Positions 30,613 to 38,930 of a DNA stretch of 64,000 nt are shown here, piece by piece (positions within the stretch are counted from its first letter, which is position 1; each line of letters starts with the position of its first letter). A model generated the notes under the pieces. The model saw only the letters and a program-made list of their open reading frames with translations, was not told where the DNA came from and made no database searches. The stretch spans positions 69 through 64,068 of the forward strand of contig CASEPN010000004.1 in assembly GCA_949289845.1 (NCBI GenBank), written 5' to 3'. The position numbers and the translations under genes were made by a program. The DNA is from an uncultured Bacillota bacterium (GTDB taxonomy: Bacteria; Bacillota_I; Bacilli_A; RFN20; CAG-826).

Positions 30613-31946
30613 TGAACACCTTTATCACGATCCTCATCCTGATCCTGATGCTCGGGATCCTCCTTGCGACCCATGAGCTCGGGCATCTTCTTCTTGCGAA
30701 GGGATTCAACGTCTTTTGCCTAGAGTATTCGATCGGCTTCGGGCCCAGGCTCTTCAAATTCCGGAAGAGGGGCGGCGAGACGGACTATTCCCTGCGCCTT
30801 CTTCCCTTGGGCGGCTACGTGTCGATGTACGCGGAGGGGGTCGAGCTCGAAGACGGGCAAAGCGTCCCCCCGGAACGTTCCATTGAGGGGATAAGCGCCG
30901 GCAAGCGGGCGCTCGTGATGCTCGGTGGCATCGCGATGAACCTGCTCTTCTCCCTAATCTTCACCTTCATCTACGCCCTCGCCTTCCCGAACTCCTACCA
31001 GGCCCAGGCAATCTACGTGGACACCGGGTTTTCCACTTCCATCTGCTCCGCGAGCGCCCTCTGGGGCGAAGGGGAACTAGGAGGGGAAGCCTTCGACTAC
31101 GAGCACGAGAGGATCTATAGCCCTGAGATCCTGATGGATGCGAACCTCAACCAGCGCGGCTACCTCATCGACTCGGAGGTCGTGATCGGCGAGGAGACGT
31201 ACGCCGCGGTCTTCCTTTCCTCCTCCCTTTCTGGGACGAGGCTCCTGGACGGGCTCACCTTCTATCCGATCGACATGGGGAAGGCTGTGACGGCCGAGGA
31301 TGAGGCGCTTGGGATCTTCGGGCGCCCCGATTTCATGGCGAGCCCTTATTCCTTCAAGGGAGGCGAGACCTTCCGTCTTGACCTCATGGTCATCTCCGCG
31401 GAATCCCCGGAGGCGCGGCCGGAGCTAGATGCCGCCACTCTTGCCGAGGCGGTGGATAACCCCGTTTCCATCGAGGTCTCCGCAGTCGAGGAAGGCGGCT
31501 CCCTCCGCCTAACGGGCACGGACTTCCGCCTTGCGATCTTCGAGGCGTACGCCCCGCTCGGGGAGCGTTTCCAGACCGGGTGCGAGTACTTCGCGAACTT
31601 CTTCGTCGCGATCGGGCAAGGGCTAGGCGCGCTCTTCTCCTTTGACTTCAGCCAGCTGGGCTCGGTCGTCGCGATGGGAAGCGTTCTCTCCCAGTCCTCC
31701 GCGGCCATGGGGTGGGGAAGGACCTTCTTCTTTTATGGCGGCTACCTCGCGCTGAACCTCGCGATACTGAACCTCATCCCCATCCCTGGCCTCGACGGCT
31801 GGCAGCTTCTCGTCACCGGGGTGGAGAAGGTGTTCCGCCGCAAGATTCCGGACAAGATCAAGAACATTGTCTCCTACGTCGGTCTTGGGCTTCTCCTGCT
31901 CCTCGGCGTGGGTATCATCGTGAAAGATGTCATTGGCTTGTTCTGA
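30612..31946 (+). CDS. rseP: RIP metalloprotease RseP (M50), PDZ not recognisable
   Basis: HELGH, FGP, LPLGGYV, NLIPIPGLDG. Confidence 0.9.
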   Translation: MNTFITILILILMLGILLATHELGHLLLAKGFNVFCLEYSIGFGPRLFKFRKRGGETDYSLRLLPLGGYVSMYAEGVELEDGQSVPPERSIEGISAGKRALVMLGGIAMNLLFSLIFTFIYALAFPNSYQAQAIYVDTGFSTSICSASALWGEGELGGEAFDYEHERIYSPEILMDANLNQRGYLIDSEVVIGEETYAAVFLSSSLSGTRLLDGLTFYPIDMGKAVTAEDEALGIFGRPDFMASPYSFKGGETFRLDLMVISAESPEARPELDAATLAEAVDNPVSIEVSAVEEGGSLRLTGTDFRLAIFEAYAPLGERFQTGCEYFANFFVAIGQGLGALFSFDFSQLGSVVAMGSVLSQSSAAMGWGRTFFFYGGYLALNLAILNLIPIPGLDGWQLLVTGVEKVFRRKIPDKIKNIVSYVGLGLLLLLGVGIIVKDVIGLF

Positions 31947-31955
31947 GGTTCTTGG

Positions 31956-34900
31956 ATGAGGGATATCACCGCGCGCTTCCTTCGTTCCATCGGCGTGCCC
32001 GAGGGCTCGCTCGACGTCGAGCTCATCGCGGCGAAGAGGGTCGCGGGGAACGTCCTTTCGATGACCATCCGGAAGGAAAGTCCCTGGCGGGCCGAGGAGC
32101 TCGAGCTCTTCATCGAGGGCCTCGGGACGATCGACTACGCCTACGAGATGTCCTACGTATACGGGAGGAGGCCCTCCCAGGGGGATCTCCTCTCCCTTTT
32201 TAACGACTGGTTCTTCCTGCACGAAAGATGCGGGGCGCATGAGCTTCTTTTCCCTGGGGAAGGGGGAATCCAGATCGTCCCGATGGAAGGGGAAGGGGCA
32301 GAGGCCCTGAAGATGAAGGCCAGCCGCTTCCAGGATTTGCTTCGCTACATCTGCTATCCGCCCGAGTTCCTCGAGGTGGGGCTCTTTGAGAAGAAGGAAC
32401 AGTCTTTGGAAGAGCCAGAGGAGGCTCCCGATGCCTTGGGCACCCAGGAGGAACCCTTCCCCGAACCTATCCCTGAACCTCAGGACGAGGACTGGGAGAA
32501 GGCCAGGGCCGAGGAAGAGGCGAGGGAAAGGGAACTCGGGAAAGAGGCCGGGAGGCTCTATGTCGAGTCGATCCGCGCGGAAAACATTGCAGAAACCAGG
32601 CGAAGGGCGAAAAAACGGGGGAACTACGTTTCCTGCTCCTCGATCAACGAGGCCCTTTCCCTCCAGTCTGGGAATGTCGAGATCGCCGGGCGGATCGCCT
32701 CCATGGACTTTAAGAGGACGAGGAAGGGCGGCTTCGGTGGAAGCATGCTTCTTTACGATGCCACCAACGGAGTCTTCTGCCGCTCCTTCTCGGGGAAGGC
32801 TCTCCCCGAGGACTTGCTGAAGTCCCTCAAGGTCGAGGATTACATCCTTGTCCGAGGGGGAATCGAGCTCGACGAGCGCATGAACGAGCTCCAGATCTAC
32901 GTCCACTCCATCGAACAGCTCGGGGAATACCCGATGAGGGACGACCCCTCTCCCGTGAAGAGGGTGGAGCTCCACCTCCACACGAGAATGTCCGCGATGG
33001 ACGGGATCGGCGACATGGACGCTTACTGCAGGCTTGCCGCCCATATGGGTATGAAGGCGATCGCGGTCACCGACCACGCTGTCATCCAGTCCTTCCCTGA
33101 GGCGGAGCAAGCCGGGAAGAAGCACAAACTCAAGGTGCTCTACGGCTGCGAGTTCAACATGTTCGACTACCCGAGGTATGTCTTCAACGGGACGGACGTG
33201 CCTCTTGCGCGGGGGCGCTACTGCGTCTTCGACTTCGAGACCACCGGGCTAAGCGCCATCTACGACCGCCCGACGGAGTTCGGCGCGGTCATCCTTGAGA
33301 ACGGGGTGGTCGTTGACCGATTCGACACCTTCATCAACCCAGAGATGCCGATTCCTCCCTTCATCGCGGAGAAGACCCGCATCACCGACGAGATGGTGAA
33401 GGACGCCCCGAAGAACGACGAGGCGCTGGAGAAGATCCTCGCCTTCGTGGGGGACGCCGTCATGGTCAGCCATAACGCGACCTTCGACATCGGCTTCCTG
33501 AACGCCATGTGCGCTCGCGCGGGAAAGCCGCCCGTCAAGAACGCGGTCGTCGACACGCTAGCCCTCAGCCACTATCTCTTCCCGAACGCGAAGGGCCACC
33601 GCCTCGGCGACCTTTCCAAGAACCTGAAGCTAGAGGTGTACAAGGAAGACGCCGCCCACCGCGCGGACTTCGACGCCGAGGCCCTTTCCTCTGTCTGGCA
33701 GGCGATCATCAGCCTGCTCCTCAAGGAGGATCCCGCGCTCACGGTGAAGGGGCTGGCGAATTTGCGGAGCGACAACCCGAACCTCTTCAAGCACCTGAGG
33801 GTCAGGCACTGCATCGCGCTGGCAAGGAACAGGGAAGGCCTGCGCTCGCTTTATCGGCTCATTTCGGAAAGCCACGTCCGGTACCTGGCCTCCGGCTCCG
33901 AGCCGAAGATCCCGAGGACGGAGATCGAGAGGTACCGGAAGGACCTTATCCTGGGATCCGCCTGCTTCAACGGCGAGGTGTTCGAGGCCGCTTCGAGAGG
34001 CCGTTATGAGGATTTGGTCGAGGCGTGCCGCTTCTATGACTATGTCGAGATCCAGCCTCCCGCGAACTATTCCTACCGCGTGAACATCGGGGACTTCTCC
34101 GAAGGGCGCGTTGTGGAACTTCTCCAGCTCATCGCCAAGGCCGCCGGGGAGGCGGGGGTGCCGGTTTGCGCGACAGGGGACTGCCACTACCCGGATCCTG
34201 AGGACAAGGTCGCGAGGGACGTCCTCATCGCCTCTCCTTCCGTCGGACGTGGGACGCATCCTTTGATGAGGGCCCGTTCCCGCGTCGCCTACTTCGATAA
34301 CCCGGACCAGCACTTCCGCTCGACGGAGGAGATGGTCGAGGCCTTCAGTGGGATCTTCCCGCCCGACTACGTCCGGAAGATCGTCATCGACAACACGAAC
34401 GAGGTCGCCGACAAGTGCGAGGTGTTTCCGATTCTCAAGGACAGGCTCTATGCTCCGACATCGAATTTCCCTGGAAGCGACAAGGAACTGCGGGATATCT
34501 GCTATCGGAACCTTCATGAGAAGTACGGGGACAACCCCGACCCGCTCATCGTGGAACGTCTTGAGAAGGAGCTGAAAGGCATCATCGACAACGGCTATTC
34601 CGTCACCTATCTCATCGCCCACTACATCGTGAAGAAGGCCCATGAGGACGGCTATATCGTCGGTTCCCGTGGCTCGGTAGGGTCGAGCTTCACCGCGACG
34701 ATGGCAAACATCACCGAGGTGAATCCGCTCCCTCCGCATTACCTCTGCCCGAAGTGCAAGCACTTCGAATGGGGCGAGGGCGTTCGCTCTGGTTTTGATC
34801 TTCCTGAAAAAAAGTGCCCGGTCTGCGGGGAAACGATGATCCATGACGGCCAGACGATTCCCTTTGAGACCTTCCTTGGCTTCCACGCCGACAAGGTCCC

Positions 34901-36404
34901 GGACATCGACCTGAACTTCCCCAAGGACTACCAGGCCAGGGCTCACGACTACGCCAGGGAGCTTCTTTCCTCAAAGGAAGAGAACGAGGCCATCGCGAAG
35001 GGGCTCGCCCTGGATTCTCCCCACGTCGTGCGTGCCGGCACCATCTCCACGCTTGAAGACAAGAAGGCGATCGGCTACGTGAGAGGCGCCTACTTCGAGG
35101 ACTACCTGAAGATGGACCCGAATTCCGAGACCCGCGGGTTCATCCGCGCCCTTGCCCATCGGATCGTCGGCTCGAAGCTGACCACTGGCCAGCATCCGGG
35201 CGGCATTGTCGTTATCCCCAGGGACATGGACATCTTCGACTTCACCCCGTTCCAGTACCCTTCCGACGACCCTGAGAAAAGCTGGCTCACGACCCATTTC
35301 GAATTCGCGAGCATGCACGACTGCCTTTTGAAGCTGGACCTTCTCGGGCATGTCGATCCCCTGGCCCTGCGTAGCCTTTCCCTTAGGACAGGGATATCTG
35401 CCGAAAGCCTCCCCCTCGGGGATCCGAAGGTGCTTTCTCTCTTCAACTCTCCTAAGGAACTAGGGCTCAAGACGAATCCTCTCGGCTTCCTGACAGGATC
35501 GATCTGCCTCCCGGAGTTCGGCACGAACTTCGTCCAGAGGATCCTCGCAGACGTCCATCCCCATTCCTTCGACGACCTTCTGATTGTCTCTGGCCTTAGC
35601 CACGGGACGGACGTCTGGGCGAACAACATCCAGGACCTTGTGAGGGATGGGACCGCCACGCTCCGCGAGGTCGTCGGATGCCGCGACGACATCATGACCT
35701 ACCTCATCTCCTGCGGGGTTTCCTCGCTCGACGCATTCAAGATCATGGAGACGGTCCGCAAGAAGGACAAGAACCTCGACGAGAAGCAGGAGGCCATGAT
35801 GAGGGAGCACGGGGTTCCCGATTGGTACATCGCCTCCTGTCGCAAGATCCAGTACCTCTTCCCGAGGGCCCATGCGACCGCCTACGTCATTAATGCTGTG
35901 CGGAACGCCTGGTACAAGCTCTATCGCCCCCTGGACTTCTACGCGACCTATTTCAGCGTCCGTTGCGACAGGAAGTTCGACCTTGAGGCGATGACCTCAG
36001 GCGAGGAGGCGGTCCTCCGCGCCTACCGGACTCTTTCGGAGAGGGCAGGCACTCCCGAGGCCAAGGACCTTGACGCCGCCTACATGAAGTCGCTTCAGGC
36101 CGCCGCGGAGCTTTATGACCGCGGCTTCCGGGTAGGGAAAGTCTCTATCACTCGCTCCCTTGTCTCGGACTGGCTCGTCGACGAGAAAGAAAATATGCTC
36201 ATCCCGCCCTTCACCGCCTTAAGCGGGCTGGGGGACGCCGCCGCGGAGACCGTGGTCCGGGAACGCGAGAAGAAGCCCTTCCTCTCCCAGGAGGATCTCA
36301 TGGAACGCACCTCCCTTACGAAGAAGCACCAGGAGGAGCTGAGGAGGTGCGGCGCTTTGGACGGGCTTAACGAGTCGGACCAGCTCTGGCTCTTTGACTT
36401 CTAG
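31956..36404 (+). CDS. polC: DNA polymerase III PolC
   Basis: PHP ELHLHTRMS, embedded exonuclease FDFETTG, VGSRGSVGSS, PDIDLNF, FPRAHATAY. Confidence 0.97.
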   Translation: MRDITARFLRSIGVPEGSLDVELIAAKRVAGNVLSMTIRKESPWRAEELELFIEGLGTIDYAYEMSYVYGRRPSQGDLLSLFNDWFFLHERCGAHELLFPGEGGIQIVPMEGEGAEALKMKASRFQDLLRYICYPPEFLEVGLFEKKEQSLEEPEEAPDALGTQEEPFPEPIPEPQDEDWEKARAEEEARERELGKEAGRLYVESIRAENIAETRRRAKKRGNYVSCSSINEALSLQSGNVEIAGRIASMDFKRTRKGGFGGSMLLYDATNGVFCRSFSGKALPEDLLKSLKVEDYILVRGGIELDERMNELQIYVHSIEQLGEYPMRDDPSPVKRVELHLHTRMSAMDGIGDMDAYCRLAAHMGMKAIAVTDHAVIQSFPEAEQAGKKHKLKVLYGCEFNMFDYPRYVFNGTDVPLARGRYCVFDFETTGLSAIYDRPTEFGAVILENGVVVDRFDTFINPEMPIPPFIAEKTRITDEMVKDAPKNDEALEKILAFVGDAVMVSHNATFDIGFLNAMCARAGKPPVKNAVVDTLALSHYLFPNAKGHRLGDLSKNLKLEVYKEDAAHRADFDAEALSSVWQAIISLLLKEDPALTVKGLANLRSDNPNLFKHLRVRHCIALARNREGLRSLYRLISESHVRYLASGSEPKIPRTEIERYRKDLILGSACFNGEVFEAASRGRYEDLVEACRFYDYVEIQPPANYSYRVNIGDFSEGRVVELLQLIAKAAGEAGVPVCATGDCHYPDPEDKVARDVLIASPSVGRGTHPLMRARSRVAYFDNPDQHFRSTEEMVEAFSGIFPPDYVRKIVIDNTNEVADKCEVFPILKDRLYAPTSNFPGSDKELRDICYRNLHEKYGDNPDPLIVERLEKELKGIIDNGYSVTYLIAHYIVKKAHEDGYIVGSRGSVGSSFTATMANITEVNPLPPHYLCPKCKHFEWGEGVRSGFDLPEKKCPVCGETMIHDGQTIPFETFLGFHADKVPDIDLNFPKDYQARAHDYARELLSSKEENEAIAKGLALDSPHVVRAGTISTLEDKKAIGYVRGAYFEDYLKMDPNSETRGFIRALAHRIVGSKLTTGQHPGGIVVIPRDMDIFDFTPFQYPSDDPEKSWLTTHFEFASMHDCLLKLDLLGHVDPLALRSLSLRTGISAESLPLGDPKVLSLFNSPKELGLKTNPLGFLTGSICLPEFGTNFVQRILADVHPHSFDDLLIVSGLSHGTDVWANNIQDLVRDGTATLREVVGCRDDIMTYLISCGVSSLDAFKIMETVRKKDKNLDEKQEAMMREHGVPDWYIASCRKIQYLFPRAHATAYVINAVRNAWYKLYRPLDFYATYFSVRCDRKFDLEAMTSGEEAVLRAYRTLSERAGTPEAKDLDAAYMKSLQAAAELYDRGFRVGKVSITRSLVSDWLVDEKENMLIPPFTALSGLGDAAAETVVREREKKPFLSQEDLMERTSLTKKHQEELRRCGALDGLNESDQLWLFDF

Positions 36405-36440
36405 TCCCGATGTGCTAGTATCCGCTCCGCGGAAATCCGC

Positions 36441-36517
36441 CGGGACGTAGCACAGCTTGGTAGTGCGCCTGGTTCGGGACCAGGAGGTCACGGGTTCAAA
36501 CCCCGTCGTTCCGACCA
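36441..36517 (+). tRNA. tRNA-Pro(CGG)
   Basis: Cloverleaf; CCTGG-TT CGG GA-CCAGG; CCA end. Confidence 0.96.
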
Positions 36518-36740
36518 CCGAGAACGAATGCCGAGAAATCGGCATTTTTGTTTATTTGGCGGACTTTTGCGTAATTATTTATCTAGAGAGAGGAGCCGAA
36601 AACTAATGAGTGGCTGTTTATCTGAGTGTGTGTTCGTCTCTTGGCTTCGCCTTCTTGGGGCCTTTCGGATGTCGGGATCGCACGCGGATTGCGCCTTCGC
36701 ACTTCCTTCCTGCCTTAAGTAAGAGTAATGTATGCGCGCT

Positions 36741-36817
36741 GCGCCCGTAGCTCAGCTGGACAGAGCACTTCCCTCCTAAGGAAGGGGTCAGGCGTTCGAA
36801 TCGCCTCGGGCGCGCCA
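36741..36817 (+). tRNA. tRNA-Arg(CCT)
   Basis: CTTCC-CT CCT AA-GGAAG; A20 and G73 Arg identity elements; CCA. Confidence 0.96.
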
Positions 36818-36867
36818 GAGCACCTTAGCGCCGTCTGGCGCTTTTTTGAAAAAGGCGGACTTGCCGC

Positions 36868-37203
36868 CTAGAAGGAGCCCTCGTAGTTCGCGATGGGGAT
36901 CGTGTACATCGCTCCGTGGATGGCCTGGAAGTTCCCGGTATGCTCCCGGATGAGGACCTTCAGTCCCTCGAGCCGTTCCTCGTCCAGGATGATGAACATT
37001 GTGGTGGAGCCGGCGTATTCGCTCGGGGTCTCGGCGATGTCGGACAAGGAGAGCGCCGCATGGGGGCCGTCGAGACCTTCGATGATGTGCCGGAGCCCCG
37101 CTGTCTCGAGGATCGTCGCGTTATAGCCGCTATCGAGGATGGCCCTATGCAGGGCGTCTGTCCTCGGGCCTTTGTCGAGCACGGAATAGAGTAGGACCTT
37201 CAT
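36868..37203 (-). CDS. P-II-like small protein
   Basis: ATILETAG...STTMFIIL..E....I.E..G......MYTIPI pattern of GlnB-like family; SD GGAG. Confidence 0.65.
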   Translation of the reverse strand: MKVLLYSVLDKGPRTDALHRAILDSGYNATILETAGLRHIIEGLDGPHAALSLSDIAETPSEYAGSTTMFIILDEERLEGLKVLIREHTGNFQAIHGAMYTIPIANYEGSF

Positions 37204-37311
37204 CTGCTCTCCTTCTGGGAATCCGGATTATCCCAACCGGAGGCGACCTTGTGAAGCGCTTCCTTGCATGTTTTTTCCTCCTATCGCTTGGCACCATCCT
37301 ATAGTTGAGCC

Positions 37312-38727
37312 ATGCCTGAGGTATTGGATAGCATCATTTCTGGAAGCCCGTTCGAAGTGCTTCTCCCGGTCGCGTTGATTCTTGTGCTCGCGAAGGTGCT
37401 TGGCCTTCTCTTTGAGAAAATCAAGGTTCCCGCGGTTCTCGGCTTCCTTTCCGCCGGGCTTCTGGTCGGCCTTCTCTCCTTCATTCCCGGGGAGACGGTG
37501 ATCACGGACTATACGAGGACAGGGATCGACATCCTCGGGAAGTTCGGCGTGGTGCTGATCCTGTTCAGCGCCGGGCTGGAGACCGACATGAAGAAGATGA
37601 AGGCAGTCGGCCTTCCTGCGGTAGCGATCACCATGGCCGGGGTGTTTCTTCCGATGCTGTTCGGTTTCCTGCTTGCGTTCCTTTTTCGGGTCTATGGCGG
37701 AATCGAAGCGGACTTCCTTGAGCCTGGGATCGACCCTGTCTGGAGCGATCTTTACTACGGAGTGATCCTCACCGCGACTAGCGTCTCGATCACGGTCGCT
37801 ACACTGAAGGCCTTGGGGAAGCTTGACGGGAAGGTTGGCTCGGCCCTTGTGTCGGCGGCGATCATCGACGACGTGCTTGGGATCCTCCTCCTTTCGATCG
37901 TCCTCTCGCTTTCGGGCACGAGCTCCGGAGGAGGGGACTTCAATCTCCTAATCTACATCGTCGAGGCATGCGGGGTGACGGTCGGGGGAGTCCTGGAAAT
38001 CGTCCTGGTGCTTCTCAACATGCTTATCTTCGTCTTCCTTTCGGTGGGCGCTGGCTACTTGATGAGGCGCCTCTTCAACTGGCTGGGGGAGAAGTATCCG
38101 CATCACATCCGGCTTCCGATTCTTTCCCTCGCCTTCTGCTTCCTATGGGCCTATCTCGCGCAAGGCCTCTTCCAGATCGCGGACATCACCGGCGCCTATA
38201 TCGCGGGCATGATCCTTTCTCCCACGAAGCCCAAGGAATATATCGACCATCGCGCGGAGACGACGATGAACGTCTTTTTTGTCCCGATTTTCTTTGCCTC
38301 GGTTGCTCTGAAGATGTACGACGCGACCATGGACTTTACTGATGGGCTCTTCCTGACGTTCGGCTTTCTCTATGTCTTCGCAGGGCTTCTCGGCAAGTTC
38401 CTCGGGGCTGGGACTGCCTCCCTTGCCTGCCGGTTCTCGCTAAGGGATTCCCTCGCGATCGGGACCGGGATGATGGCAAGGGCGGAGGTGCTCGTCGTGA
38501 CCGCCCAGACAGGCGTGGATTCCAGCCTCGTCAGCCCAGGGATCATGCCTTTCACCCTTCTCCTCATCCTCGTCTCGAGCTTCCTTACTCCGCTTCTACT
38601 GCGCCTTATCTATTGCAAGAATGCCTCCGGTAAGGGAGGAAATGAGACTTCTTCCCAGGAAGCGCCTTCTTTAGCGAAGGATGGCAAGGAATCCGCCCTT
38701 GACAGGGAGGCCTTCGCCGTCCTATAG
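37312..38727 (+). CDS. cation:proton antiporter (CPA2/NapA-like)
   Basis: Multi-TM; FSAGLETD, ATSVSIT, AAIIDD, GMMARAEV. Confidence 0.92.
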   Translation: MPEVLDSIISGSPFEVLLPVALILVLAKVLGLLFEKIKVPAVLGFLSAGLLVGLLSFIPGETVITDYTRTGIDILGKFGVVLILFSAGLETDMKKMKAVGLPAVAITMAGVFLPMLFGFLLAFLFRVYGGIEADFLEPGIDPVWSDLYYGVILTATSVSITVATLKALGKLDGKVGSALVSAAIIDDVLGILLLSIVLSLSGTSSGGGDFNLLIYIVEACGVTVGGVLEIVLVLLNMLIFVFLSVGAGYLMRRLFNWLGEKYPHHIRLPILSLAFCFLWAYLAQGLFQIADITGAYIAGMILSPTKPKEYIDHRAETTMNVFFVPIFFASVALKMYDATMDFTDGLFLTFGFLYVFAGLLGKFLGAGTASLACRFSLRDSLAIGTGMMARAEVLVVTAQTGVDSSLVSPGIMPFTLLLILVSSFLTPLLLRLIYCKNASGKGGNETSSQEAPSLAKDGKESALDREAFAVL

Positions 38728-38755
38728 TCCGCTTCGCGCCGAAAGGCGTGGCGAT

Positions 38756-38831
38756 GGGGCGTTAGCTCAGCTGGGAGAGCGCCTCCATGGCATGGAGGAG
38801 GTCGTGAGTTCGATCCTCATACGCTCCACCA
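38756..38831 (+). tRNA. tRNA-Ala(GGC)
   Basis: G3:U70; CCTCC-AT GGC AT-GGAGG with A32-U38; CCA. Confidence 0.96.
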
Positions 38832-38930
38832 TCGCGATACAGACTCCGGTTCGCCGGAGTTTTCTTTTTTCGAGAGATTAATGCGGCATCTATTCCGCTT
38901 ATGGGTAATATATCGGCTGGGAGAAAGGCT

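Noticed and set aside
36741-36817. AGG-to-Met (or CGG) codon reassignment as reported for some uncultured Bacilli
   Set aside because: tRNA(CCT) keeps Arg identity elements A20 and G73. AGG and CGG encode invariant arginines, e.g. TopA YMRTDS (ATG AGG ACC) and RecG QLRGRIGR (CGG GGA AGG)
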